Notes: generated by a model from the sequence alone, not told the origin. A DNA stretch of 64,000 nt from Myxococcota bacterium (GCA_039028615.1 JBCCHT010000038.1:32001-96000); one strand, 5' to 3'; positions 1 to 8,558 are shown, counted from the first letter of the stretch. Translations and numbers: made by a program.

Positions 1-2
1 TC

Positions 3-584
3 CGGGAGTTCGCGGAGTCGATTGCGCTGCACTACGTGGTGGCGGGAGACGTCGTCGTCCTGGGTCTCGATCCGACGGTGCTCGAGGTGATGATCGACCG
101 TACCTCCGCCGGCCAGCGTCCAAAGCCCGGGGCCGCCGATGGTCCGCAGTTCGTCATGGAGGCGCGGCTGGCTCGCGAGCGGGCTAGCTACACCGCGCTG
201 TCCTGGGCCATGCAGGGGCAGGCCAACCGCAGCCAGGCGGCGGCGCGCTCGGTCGCCGAGATCCTGCTGCGCGGGGAGCCGGGCATCACCACCGAAGCCG
301 AGCTGAAGGCCCGCGGCCTCGCTCTGTTCGGGGCCTATCCGGTCAGCGCCTCGGGCCGGGCCGACTTCAGCCTCGGCCCGCAAGGCGCGGGCGATGGCGT
401 GCACGGCACCTCGATCGCGCCCGTGTTCCCCGAGCTCCCCGTCGAGGGCAGCCCCATCGCCGCGCTCATGTCTCGCTTGGTCGGCGTGAACGCGTCCGTC
501 GCCTTCGATCGCGAGCCCGCGCCGATGGAGCCCCCCGCCCGGAGCCTGCACACCCGCCTGCGCGTGCGGCTCGGAAGCGAATAG
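3..584 (+). CDS. C-terminal part of a hypothetical protein (5' end outside window)
   Basis: Frame is open from position 3 to TAG at 582-584. Codon usage is coding-like and the next gene starts 3 nt later. Confidence 0.7.
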   Translation, partial: REFAESIALHYVVAGDVVVLGLDPTVLEVMIDRTSAGQRPKPGAADGPQFVMEARLARERASYTALSWAMQGQANRSQAAARSVAEILLRGEPGITTEAELKARGLALFGAYPVSASGRADFSLGPQGAGDGVHGTSIAPVFPELPVEGSPIAALMSRLVGVNASVAFDREPAPMEPPARSLHTRLRVRLGSE

Positions 585-587
585 CCC

Positions 588-1202
588 ATGCCCGCGGCCG
601 ACCATCGCGAGCGGCACAAGCTGCGCATGGCCTGGATGCCGTGGCTGTATCAGCGTGCGAAGCCGGAGATCTTGGCGTGGGCGCAGCCGTGGCAGCAGCA
701 GCTCCAGGCCGAGCTGTGTGCCCACGAGCGGATCCGGCTCGGCGAGGGGTGCTTCATCGCGCCCGATGCCCAGCTCTTCGCCGAGCCGCACCGCGAGATC
801 GTGTTGGGTGACGGCGTTTCGATCGCGGCGGGCTGCTTCGTGCACGGTCCGGTGCGGTTGCACGACGGGGTGAGCCTCAACCCGCGTGTGGTGATGGATG
901 GGGGCGCCGCGGGCATCGTGGTGGGGGCCGGCACCCGCATCGCGGCCGATGTGCACGTGTATGCGTTCGACCACGGGATGGCGGCTGACCGACCGATACG
1001 GGAGCAGCCGGTTCGCTCGCGCGGTATCGAAATCGGCGAAGACGTCTGGATCGGGGCCGGAGCGGGCATTACCGACGGAGTGACCATCGGTGACCATGCG
1101 GTGGTGGGCATGCACGCGGTGGTGACCAAGCCCGTCGAGCCCTGGGCGGTGGTGGCTGGCGTTCCCGCGCGGGTGGTCGGTGATCGTCGCACGTCGGGCT
1201 GA
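588..1202 (+). CDS. Hexapeptide-repeat (left-handed beta-helix) acyltransferase
   Basis: IGEDVWIGAGAGITDGVTIGDHAVVGMHAVV..VVAGVPAR, typical of the LbH O-acetyltransferase family. Confidence 0.9.
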   Translation: MPAADHRERHKLRMAWMPWLYQRAKPEILAWAQPWQQQLQAELCAHERIRLGEGCFIAPDAQLFAEPHREIVLGDGVSIAAGCFVHGPVRLHDGVSLNPRVVMDGGAAGIVVGAGTRIAADVHVYAFDHGMAADRPIREQPVRSRGIEIGEDVWIGAGAGITDGVTIGDHAVVGMHAVVTKPVEPWAVVAGVPARVVGDRRTSG

Positions 1203-1292
1203 AATTCGACGGTCGCGAGCCGCGCAGGCGCTCACGGGGCTTGGCGGACGACCCCGCTTGATTCATCATGAAATCGTTGCGGAAGGCTGACG

Positions 1293-1874
1293 TTGGGCAA
1301 CATCGTACGAGATGAAAACGGTGGCACCTTCACCCTCGAAGCGAGGGGCGGAGGGTCGTGGCACGCCCCCTTCGGTGGGCAGTCGCTGCGCTCGGCCTTG
1401 GGCCGCGCCGCGAGTGTGCGCAGTGTCTTCGACTATCCCGAAAATCGCCACGCGATGGCCGAGGCGCTGGTCGAAGCCAGCGTGCTGACCCGCACCGAGG
1501 GTCAGTCCATGAGCTTCGAAGAGATTCGCCAGCACGCGCACGGAGCCTTCGGCGCGGGGCGGCTGAGCTTGGTGCCCTACCGCCCGAGCCTGCGGCCGAT
1601 CTGCATCATCGAAGACGTCGAGCCGCCCGAGTCGCTCACCGAAGGCCTCGTCGAAGAAGAGGTCAAGCCCACGCATACCCTCGAGATCGAGCTGGTCGAC
1701 GAGGACGAGGAGCCCGTGCCCGGCGAGCCCTACCGCGTCGAGCTGCCCAGCGGCGACATCATGGAGGGCCGTCTCAACAACCTCGGTCGCGCGATGCTCA
1801 CGGGCATCGTCGACTCGGGCAACTGCAAGGTCACCTTTCCGCGGCTCGACGAGGCCGTGTGGGGTCCGGGGTAG
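1293..1874 (+). CDS. Hypothetical protein with C-terminal transthyretin-like domain of the type seen in T6SS/VgrG-associated proteins
   Basis: C-terminal LEIELVDEDEEPVPGEPYRVELPSG..EGRLNNLGRA..CKVTFP. The start codon (TTG) is uncertain. Confidence 0.55.
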   Translation: MGNIVRDENGGTFTLEARGGGSWHAPFGGQSLRSALGRAASVRSVFDYPENRHAMAEALVEASVLTRTEGQSMSFEEIRQHAHGAFGAGRLSLVPYRPSLRPICIIEDVEPPESLTEGLVEEEVKPTHTLEIELVDEDEEPVPGEPYRVELPSGDIMEGRLNNLGRAMLTGIVDSGNCKVTFPRLDEAVWGPG

Positions 1875-1880
1875 GTCGCG

Positions 1881-2522
1881 ATGCCGGTCAACCACAAGGT
1901 CGTTCAGGGCGATTGCATCTCGAGCATCGCGGCCAAGCACCGCATGCTCCCCGAGACCATCTGGGATGCCCCGGAAAACGAGGCGCTCCGCAACGAGCGT
2001 CCGCACTGGAACGCGCTCGCGCCCGGGGATGTCGTGGTCGTGCCCGACGTCACCGAGCGAGTCGAGGACGCCGCCGTCGACAAGGCGCATCGCTTCGTCC
2101 GCAAGGCGGTGTTCGAGAAGGTCAAGCTCGTGCTGCACGACGAGGACGGCGAGCCCCGGGCCCAGCTGGCCTACCAGATCGAGTTCTCGGATGGCTCCGA
2201 CATGATCGAAGGCGAGACCGGTGACGACGGCGTCATCGAGTTCAAGCACCCGCCCAAGATCGACAAGGCCACGCTGCGCGTCGAAGCGCCGGACTTCAAA
2301 GAGGTCCACGAGCTCGAGTTCGGCGGCGTCGACCCGATCACCACCGTCAAGGGCATGCAGGATCGTCTTCGCAACCTCGGCTATGCGGTCGAGGCCAACG
2401 GCGAGCTCGACGGCGCCACCAAGATCGCGATTCAGTCGTTCCAGAGCGACGCCGAGATCGACGTGACCGGCGAGTTCTGCGACGCGACCCAGGCCAAGCT
2501 CGAAGAGCGCTACGGCAGCTGA
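1881..2522 (+). CDS. LysM-like plus peptidoglycan-binding domain protein
   Basis: N-terminal HKVVQGDCISSIA..IWDAPEN..LAPGDVVVVP (LysM/tail-X like). C-terminal QDRLRNLGY..GELDGATKIAIQSFQ..TG (PG_binding_1). Confidence 0.8.
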   Translation: MPVNHKVVQGDCISSIAAKHRMLPETIWDAPENEALRNERPHWNALAPGDVVVVPDVTERVEDAAVDKAHRFVRKAVFEKVKLVLHDEDGEPRAQLAYQIEFSDGSDMIEGETGDDGVIEFKHPPKIDKATLRVEAPDFKEVHELEFGGVDPITTVKGMQDRLRNLGYAVEANGELDGATKIAIQSFQSDAEIDVTGEFCDATQAKLEERYGS

Positions 2523-2646
2523 GCGCCGGTTCGCAGCCGGGAGCTCATTTCGGGTCGGGTCCTTCGGGCCGGCCGGCACGGTCTGATTCGCCGACAAACG
2601 TCGGCGTCGAGTACCGGTTCACGACACGCGAGCTATCATCGCGCCC

Positions 2647-2997
2647 GTGGCCGAGGTCGATCCTCCACGGGATGGCGATCCTGCATCGCTGTCCCACATC
2701 GCACGGTGGTTCGCGTTTGCGGTCGCCCTGCTGACGGCGGGGAGCTGGATGTCCTGCGGGCTGATCCCGCGCAGCGAGAACGGGCCGAGCGTCTTTACCG
2801 GCATCACCGTGTTCGCCGTGGTGGCCTGGTTGACCACCTCGGTCTTGATCATCGTCGCGTCCCGGCGGCTCGACGGAGGGCCCGAGTCGTCGGGTGTCCA
2901 CCGACTCTCGGACGCGTCGCGAATGCTCCGCGTCAGCGGCGTGACCCTCCTGATTCTCGTCGTGCCCTGGCTCGCATGCCTGGCGTCGACCCGGTAG
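2647..2997 (+). CDS. Small 3-TM membrane protein, first gene of the radical SAM-Lgt operon
   Basis: Three hydrophobic stretches. TATCAT lies 7 nt upstream of the GTG, and the stop is 3 nt before the radical SAM ATG. Confidence 0.65.
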   Translation: MAEVDPPRDGDPASLSHIARWFAFAVALLTAGSWMSCGLIPRSENGPSVFTGITVFAVVAWLTTSVLIIVASRRLDGGPESSGVHRLSDASRMLRVSGVTLLILVVPWLACLASTR

Positions 2998-3000
2998 CCC

Positions 3001-4455
3001 ATGGAACGACGACAACGGCCCTATCTGTTCTACGGCGCCACGCGAGCGCTGTGCTCCAAGTGCCTGATGGTCTGCGACGCCAAGGAGCTGATCGAAGGCA
3101 ACCGGGTGTACCTGTGGAAGCGGTGCATGGAGCACGGGGTCGAGCGCGTGCTCATCTCCGACGACGCCGACTACTTCCGGCTGTGCCGAGAGACCTTCCT
3201 CAAGGAGCCCGAGCAGGTCGAGAAACACAACACGGGCGTGCTCTACGGCTGCCCCTACGACTGTGGCATCTGCCCCGATCACGAGCAGCACGGGTGCGTC
3301 TGCGTCCTCGAGGTCACCGACCACTGCAACCTGTCGTGCCCGACCTGCTTCGCCGACAGCGGGCCTCATCGACAGACCCACCGCTCGATGGAGCAGATCC
3401 GGCGCATGCTCGATCTGATCGTGGCCAACGAGCGCGAGCCGGACGTCGTGCAGGTCTCGGGCGGCGAGCCCACCGTGCACCCGCAGTTCTTCGAGATCCT
3501 CGACGAGTGTCGCCGACGTCCGATCCGGCACCTCATGGTCAACACCAACGGCCTCCGCATCGCCAACGAGGACGGCTTCGCCGAGCGCCTGGCCGAGTAT
3601 GCGCCGTCCTTCGAGCTGTACCTGCAGTTCGATGGCCTCAACGACTCCGCCACCCGCACGCTCCGCGGTGCCGACCTGTCGCGGATCAAGAAGCGGGCCT
3701 TGGCGCGGCTCAACGAGCTCAACCTGGCGACGACGCTGGTGGTCACCGTGCGCCGTGGCGTCAACGAAAACGACCTGGGGGAGATCCTTCGCTTCGCGGC
3801 GGAGCAGCGCTGCGTTCGCGGGGTCACCCTGCAGCCGGTCCACGATACCGGCCGCAACGAGGGCTTCGACGTCGACGACAACCGCATGACGCTGTCCGAG
3901 GTGCGGCGACGGGTGATCGAGGACTTCGACACCTTCACCGCCGAAGACGTCATCCCCGTGCCCTGCCATCCCGATTGCGTCGCCATGGCCTACGCGGTGC
4001 GAGGCAAGGGCGACGACTACCGTCAACTCTCGCCGCTCACGCGTTATGTGCCGCCCGACGTGCTCATCGACGCGGGGCGCAACACCATCATCTACGAGGG
4101 CGACGACGAGCTCATGACCGCGGTGGGCAAGCGGATCTTCTCCGCGTTCTCCACCGGCCACGGCCCCAAGGGGGCGAGCAAGGCGCTGGGCGAGCTGATG
4201 TGCTGCCTGCCCCAGGTCGACGCCCCCGATCTCGGCTACGATCGCGTCTTTCGCCTGATCATCATGCAGTTCCTCGATCGGCACACGATGGACCTGCGCT
4301 CGGTTCGAAAGAGCTGTGTCCACATCGCGGCGCCCGACGGCAAGCGGATGATCCCCTTCGATACCTACAACGTATTCTATCGCGATGCCCTCGAGCAGAC
4401 CGTGCTCGAGCCTTTGCGCGAGCGCGTGCGCCTCCCCGTGCAGGTCGGGTCTTGA
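3001..4455 (+). CDS. Radical SAM protein, Tes/MJ0619 (tetraether lipid synthase)-like family
   Basis: N-terminal CxxC..CxxH (LCSKC..RCMEHG), GCPYDCGICPDH, CNLSCPTC SAM motif, SGGEPTVHP, PCHPDC and C-terminal SCVHIAAPDGKRMIPFDTYN. Confidence 0.85.
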   Translation: MERRQRPYLFYGATRALCSKCLMVCDAKELIEGNRVYLWKRCMEHGVERVLISDDADYFRLCRETFLKEPEQVEKHNTGVLYGCPYDCGICPDHEQHGCVCVLEVTDHCNLSCPTCFADSGPHRQTHRSMEQIRRMLDLIVANEREPDVVQVSGGEPTVHPQFFEILDECRRRPIRHLMVNTNGLRIANEDGFAERLAEYAPSFELYLQFDGLNDSATRTLRGADLSRIKKRALARLNELNLATTLVVTVRRGVNENDLGEILRFAAEQRCVRGVTLQPVHDTGRNEGFDVDDNRMTLSEVRRRVIEDFDTFTAEDVIPVPCHPDCVAMAYAVRGKGDDYRQLSPLTRYVPPDVLIDAGRNTIIYEGDDELMTAVGKRIFSAFSTGHGPKGASKALGELMCCLPQVDAPDLGYDRVFRLIIMQFLDRHTMDLRSVRKSCVHIAAPDGKRMIPFDTYNVFYRDALEQTVLEPLRERVRLPVQVGS

Positions 4456-5261
4456 GCCCCGAGCTGGTCTACGGGGTGATGGTGGGGCTGGCGACCTGCG
4501 TCGCCTTTGCCATCCGTCGCTCCGAGGGCCGGCGCCTGGGCTACGAGAGCCAGCCTGGCTATCGCTGGGTGGGGCTTTGGTGTGTCGCGGGAGCCGTGCT
4601 CGGTGCCCGGCTCGGGATGTTCTTCTACACCGCGCCCCACGAAGGCGGAGAACTCCAGCGTGCCGTGTACACCCTGGGCTTCGACGGCAAGACGGTGCTC
4701 GGGGCTCTGACCGGCGGCTACGTCTTCGGCGAGATCGGCAAGAAGGTCGTGGGCGTGCGCTTTTCGACCGGCGACGCGCTCGCCTTGGCCTTACCCGTGG
4801 GGCAGGCCTTGGGGCGCCTTGGCTGTTTCTTCGCCGGGTGTTGCTACGGCGCCCCGACGGACGTGCCGTGGGCGATTGCTCAGCACGACGCCCTGCGTCA
4901 TCCCGTGCAGCTGTACGAAGCCGGGGCGTGCCTGCTGTTGGCGGGCCTGCTGTTCGTCATTCGCGATCGCCCTCGCCCGCCCGGCCACCTGTTTCGTTAC
5001 TACCTCATTGGCTACGCGACCATTCGCTTCTCGAGCGAGATGGTGCGCGGCGAGCCGCAGCTCATGCTCGGGCCTTTGACGTACGCGCAGCTGTACTGCC
5101 TGGTGATGGGGGTTGGTTTCGCCTGGACGCTCCGCGGATCAAGCTCCACAGCGGTCCGAACTGAATCGACAGCAGGTTCCCCAGGCGGCGATCCGGCAGG
5201 CCACACTCCACCTGCGCCCGACCCGGCAGATAAGTCCCGAACAGCTGATCCCACAGCATGA
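4452..5261 (+). CDS. Prolipoprotein diacylglyceryl transferase (Lgt)-family paralog
   Basis: GQALGRLGCFFAGCCYG, RHPVQLYE and YATIRFSSEMVRG, with multiple TMs. The TTG start overlaps the radical SAM TGA (TTGA). Confidence 0.85.
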   Translation: MSPELVYGVMVGLATCVAFAIRRSEGRRLGYESQPGYRWVGLWCVAGAVLGARLGMFFYTAPHEGGELQRAVYTLGFDGKTVLGALTGGYVFGEIGKKVVGVRFSTGDALALALPVGQALGRLGCFFAGCCYGAPTDVPWAIAQHDALRHPVQLYEAGACLLLAGLLFVIRDRPRPPGHLFRYYLIGYATIRFSSEMVRGEPQLMLGPLTYAQLYCLVMGVGFAWTLRGSSSTAVRTESTAGSPGGDPAGHTPPAPDPADKSRTADPTA

Positions 5262-5901
5262 GCGTGGAGCCGTAGTTGCGGTCGTGGAGGGCAGTGTCGC
5301 GGGCGTGGTGGACTCGGTGGTTGTTCGGCGTGTTGAACCATCGATCGAGCCAGCGGCTGGGGCTCGGCAGCTCGGTGTGGCACACCATCTGCCAGCCGTC
5401 GTTGATCTCGATCAGCATCAGCAGCAGCCAGGGGTCGAAGCCCAATAGCGCCAGTGGAGCGAAGAACAGGTAGCTCAGGGCCGCCTCGATCCAGTTGAGG
5501 CGAAACGTGGCCAGGAAGTTGAGCGACTCGCTGCTGTGGTGGGTGGAGTGCAGCGCCCAGCCCAGCCGGGTCTGGTGGAAGAGTCGGTGCTTCCAGTAGT
5601 AGATGAAGTCGATCAGCACATAGGCCGCCGCCGCACTTCCGATGCCGACCTCCCATCGCACGGGCGCGAAGCGGGCGAGCCACGCGAACAGCCCGAAGCG
5701 CAGGGCCACCGTCGCTCCGCGCTCGGCGAGGTTGACGGCAAAGATGACGCTGTCGTTGGCCGTCTGCGCGATCGATGGCGATCGGCCTCTGGCCCACGCC
5801 ATATAGGCCATCTCGGCCATGATCAGCCCGCCGACGATCGCCGCCAGCAGCTCGCGGTGGACCCACAGCGGGTCCAGCTGCAGCGCCGCGCCTACGAGCA
5901 C
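5062..5901 (-). CDS. Fatty acid hydroxylase / sterol desaturase family protein (alkylglycerol monooxygenase-like)
   Basis: His boxes YYWKHRLFH, WALHSTHHSS, CHT and NTPNNHRVHH, plus RNYG..WDQLFGTY. Confidence 0.9.
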   Translation of the reverse strand: MLVGAALQLDPLWVHRELLAAIVGGLIMAEMAYMAWARGRSPSIAQTANDSVIFAVNLAERGATVALRFGLFAWLARFAPVRWEVGIGSAAAAYVLIDFIYYWKHRLFHQTRLGWALHSTHHSSESLNFLATFRLNWIEAALSYLFFAPLALLGFDPWLLLMLIEINDGWQMVCHTELPSPSRWLDRWFNTPNNHRVHHARDTALHDRNYGSTLMLWDQLFGTYLPGRAQVECGLPDRRLGNLLSIQFGPLWSLIRGASRRNQPPSPGSTAARTSKARA

Positions 5902-6074
5902 AGCCCCGTCACGAAGTACAGCATCCCCACCACGATGCCCACGTTGATGATCACCGCGGCCGTCGTCGGCAGGCTCGTCCCTTGCTTGGCGAGCATGCGA
6001 TCCCCGGGCATCGGCGCGGGCACATTGCTCCTCGCCTTCGGCCGCTCGCCGTCATCCTGGTCGGTGTCGCCCAC
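5892..6074 (-). CDS. 60-aa peptide with a single C-terminal TM helix ending GLCS
   Basis: Polar N-terminus and hydrophobic AAVIINVGIVVGMLYFVTGLCS. The stop overlaps the desaturase start by 10 nt. Confidence 0.5.
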   Translation of the reverse strand: MGDTDQDDGERPKARSNVPAPMPGDRMLAKQGTSLPTTAAVIINVGIVVGMLYFVTGLCS

Positions 6075-6164
6075 GCACCGACCACACTAACAGCTCCACC
6101 CCCGACCCCGCGACCGGGCCCCGGGCCGTACCAGGACCGGAGCTGCGGTGAGTGTGGCGGACGA

Positions 6165-8558
6165 TTACTTGCCCTTGCCCTTGCTCGTGCGCGGAGCGGG
6201 ACGGCGGGTCGACGTCGAGGTCTTCTTCTTGCCGGAGGGCTTGGCGGTGGGCTTCTTGCTAGAAGACGTCTTCTTCTTGGCCGAGGGCTTTTTGGCCGAA
6301 GGCCGGGCGGAGGACTTCTTCTTGCCACCGAGCTTCTTGCCGGCGCCGATCTTGCGACCCTTGCCTTTGCGGAAGCCGGGGCGACTGACTTTGGTCAGGG
6401 TGGTCCAGTCGCCGTTGTAGCGGCTGTGCTCGATGAACGAAGCGGGGCTGGGCGCGGGGCAGGTGCCGGGCTTGCACTGGGTGCGCAGGGGCGGCGGCTC
6501 GCAGCCGAGCTGATCGTCTTCGACGCGCTTGCGGCCGACGGCGGCGGACTTGCCCGCGCCCTGGTCGGCCTTGATGCGGTCCTCCATCTCGCGGGTCCGC
6601 TTGGCGCCGCGCACGGCCCAACGGGGCTTGGGCGGGACCTTGCACGCCTTGGTCTTCTTGCTCAGCACGCGGACGGTGTTGGCGATGGAGGCGACCTTGC
6701 CGGGCGCGACGTCGAGCTTGAACAAGGCGTGGCTCTTGGGGTCGACCTCTTGGACGCCGTGGATGAAGTGCTCCCAGCCGAGCGCGGGCATGCCCTCGTG
6801 CTCGACGTAGTAGCCGTAGGCGGAGAAGGGATCGAGGACGAGGGTCTGCGAGGCGCCGGGCAGGTTGACGCGGTGGCCGCTGTCGACCATGCCGTGCACT
6901 GCGTAAAAGGGCAGGTCCTCGGCCCTACGACCCTTGCGGCCCTTGCGGTTGACCATGGCGTCGAACTCGGCCTTGGTCATCTTGTAGTCGCCGCGGTTGA
7001 AGGCCTTGCGCATGGCCTTCTTCTGGCGCTTGTTGAACGACTTGCGGCCGGCGACCAGTGCTCCGCCCTTGGCACAGCCGTAGCGCTTGTTCTTGCTGCG
7101 GCGGCAGGCGGCCTTGCTGGGCATGTTCTCGGAGCGCACGAGCAGGTAGACCTCGTGCTTCTTCTTGCCCTTGGGGAGCTTGCGGCCCTGGAGGTTGATC
7201 TCGCTGGGACGCTGCACCACCGAGGCGCCCACCATGTCCATGTTGCGGTAGACGCTGTCGATGCCGAAGTCGATGGAGGAGTTGGAGCGCAGGCGAACGT
7301 GCAGGCACTGGTGCATGTTCTCGAGCGACAGCGACGAGTCGGCGGGGACCCACAGGTCGCTGACGAGGCTGCCCTGGCCGATCTGCCCCGCCCACTGCCC
7401 GGGCGCGACGGGGCCGCTGAGGGTGGCCGTCTCCACGAGGTTCCAGGTGGCGGTCTGCCAGGTGCTCCACTGCAGGCCCCAGTTGGCGACGCGGAACTCG
7501 GCCTGCACCTGACCGGCCTCGACGGTCTCGTCGGTGCGGTTGATGAACCCGGCCCGGAAGTGAGCGCCGTCCTCGTAGGGGATCTGGTTGGAGGGATACG
7601 AGTAGGGGATGTTGGTGTCCGGGATGGTCCCGTTGGTCATGTTGTAGTCGGTCCCGACGAGGGGCCGATACAAGTTCACGCCGCCGCAGCCGGCCGGGTC
7701 GGCGGTGTCGAGCAGGGGCCAAAGGTCGAGGTCGTTGCCGAGCGGCAGGTCCTCGGGCAGCGTGCTCGATGCGTTCGCGCTGGTGATGATGCAGTCGTCG
7801 GAGGTCTGCGAGCTGTTGTTGCACAGCAGCGGAAACTGCACCGCGGTGCCCGAGGTCGGGCCCTGCATGAACATCAGCGAGTTGCCGTAGATGTGGAGGT
7901 TGGGCCGGATGTCGCCGGAGCCCGACGTGACGGGGACCTCGAGCGCAAAGCGAAGGGTCCAGTCGTAGGTGGTGCTGGTCGCCGACTCGTTGACTCGCAC
8001 CTGCACCCACGGCTCGTGCACGGTGAACGTGGAGCTGGGGTTGGTGGTGGACAGAGGTGTCCAGTTGACCGAGGTGCCCCCACCGATCGCCGCCGCGTAG
8101 TTGATCGAGGAGGGGCCCAATGCGGAACCGTTGTCGTCGCAGTTGCTGACGGGGCTGCACCCGCGCAGGGGCTGGAACTGAATGAACAGCTCGGGGGCGT
8201 CGCCGGCGGTGTTCGACAGCGCGAAGACCACCACGTCCTGCGTGGAGTCGATGGAGGTATCGGCGTTCACCTCCATTTCAACGAAGACCCGCTGCGAGGC
8301 CTCGTCCCAGATCATGCGCGAGCGGGCGAGCTCGGGGACGGCGGAGTCTCCTTCCGTTCGAGAGGTGGCCTTGGTCCACCGCACCTCTCGCTGAGACTCG
8401 CTCAGCGAAGGGTTCCACCACTCGGGGTGGTGGGCGGTCGCTCCGGGCACCGCCTCGGCCTGCCGGAGGCAGAGATCCCCGGGATCGGAGGCTTGGGCGG
8501 TTTGGGAGAGGAGGGCGACGACGGCGGAGGCGAGCAGGGGTGACAGCAGACGCGACAT
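6165..8558 (-). CDS. Large secreted hypothetical protein with Lys/Ser-rich basic tail
   Basis: Signal peptide MSRLLSPLLASAVVALLSQTAQA, strong GC3 bias and a K-rich C-terminus. Confidence 0.75.
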   Translation of the reverse strand: MSRLLSPLLASAVVALLSQTAQASDPGDLCLRQAEAVPGATAHHPEWWNPSLSESQREVRWTKATSRTEGDSAVPELARSRMIWDEASQRVFVEMEVNADTSIDSTQDVVVFALSNTAGDAPELFIQFQPLRGCSPVSNCDDNGSALGPSSINYAAAIGGGTSVNWTPLSTTNPSSTFTVHEPWVQVRVNESATSTTYDWTLRFALEVPVTSGSGDIRPNLHIYGNSLMFMQGPTSGTAVQFPLLCNNSSQTSDDCIITSANASSTLPEDLPLGNDLDLWPLLDTADPAGCGGVNLYRPLVGTDYNMTNGTIPDTNIPYSYPSNQIPYEDGAHFRAGFINRTDETVEAGQVQAEFRVANWGLQWSTWQTATWNLVETATLSGPVAPGQWAGQIGQGSLVSDLWVPADSSLSLENMHQCLHVRLRSNSSIDFGIDSVYRNMDMVGASVVQRPSEINLQGRKLPKGKKKHEVYLLVRSENMPSKAACRRSKNKRYGCAKGGALVAGRKSFNKRQKKAMRKAFNRGDYKMTKAEFDAMVNRKGRKGRRAEDLPFYAVHGMVDSGHRVNLPGASQTLVLDPFSAYGYYVEHEGMPALGWEHFIHGVQEVDPKSHALFKLDVAPGKVASIANTVRVLSKKTKACKVPPKPRWAVRGAKRTREMEDRIKADQGAGKSAAVGRKRVEDDQLGCEPPPLRTQCKPGTCPAPSPASFIEHSRYNGDWTTLTKVSRPGFRKGKGRKIGAGKKLGGKKKSSARPSAKKPSAKKKTSSSKKPTAKPSGKKKTSTSTRRPAPRTSKGKGK

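Noticed and set aside
2706..4451. 851-aa ORF 2706-5261 as a single protein
   Set aside because: The first ~580 codons are Arg/Pro-rich off-frame read-through of the radical SAM gene. Only 4452-5261 is Lgt-like.
5982..8543. Very long antisense ORFs (e.g. 5982-8543 +, 35781-38771 -, 30836-33586 -, 46266-48422 +, 19649-21868 -, 61794-63890 +)
   Set aside because: They are shadows of real genes. High GC3 codon bias removes stops on the opposite strand, and the products have no motifs.
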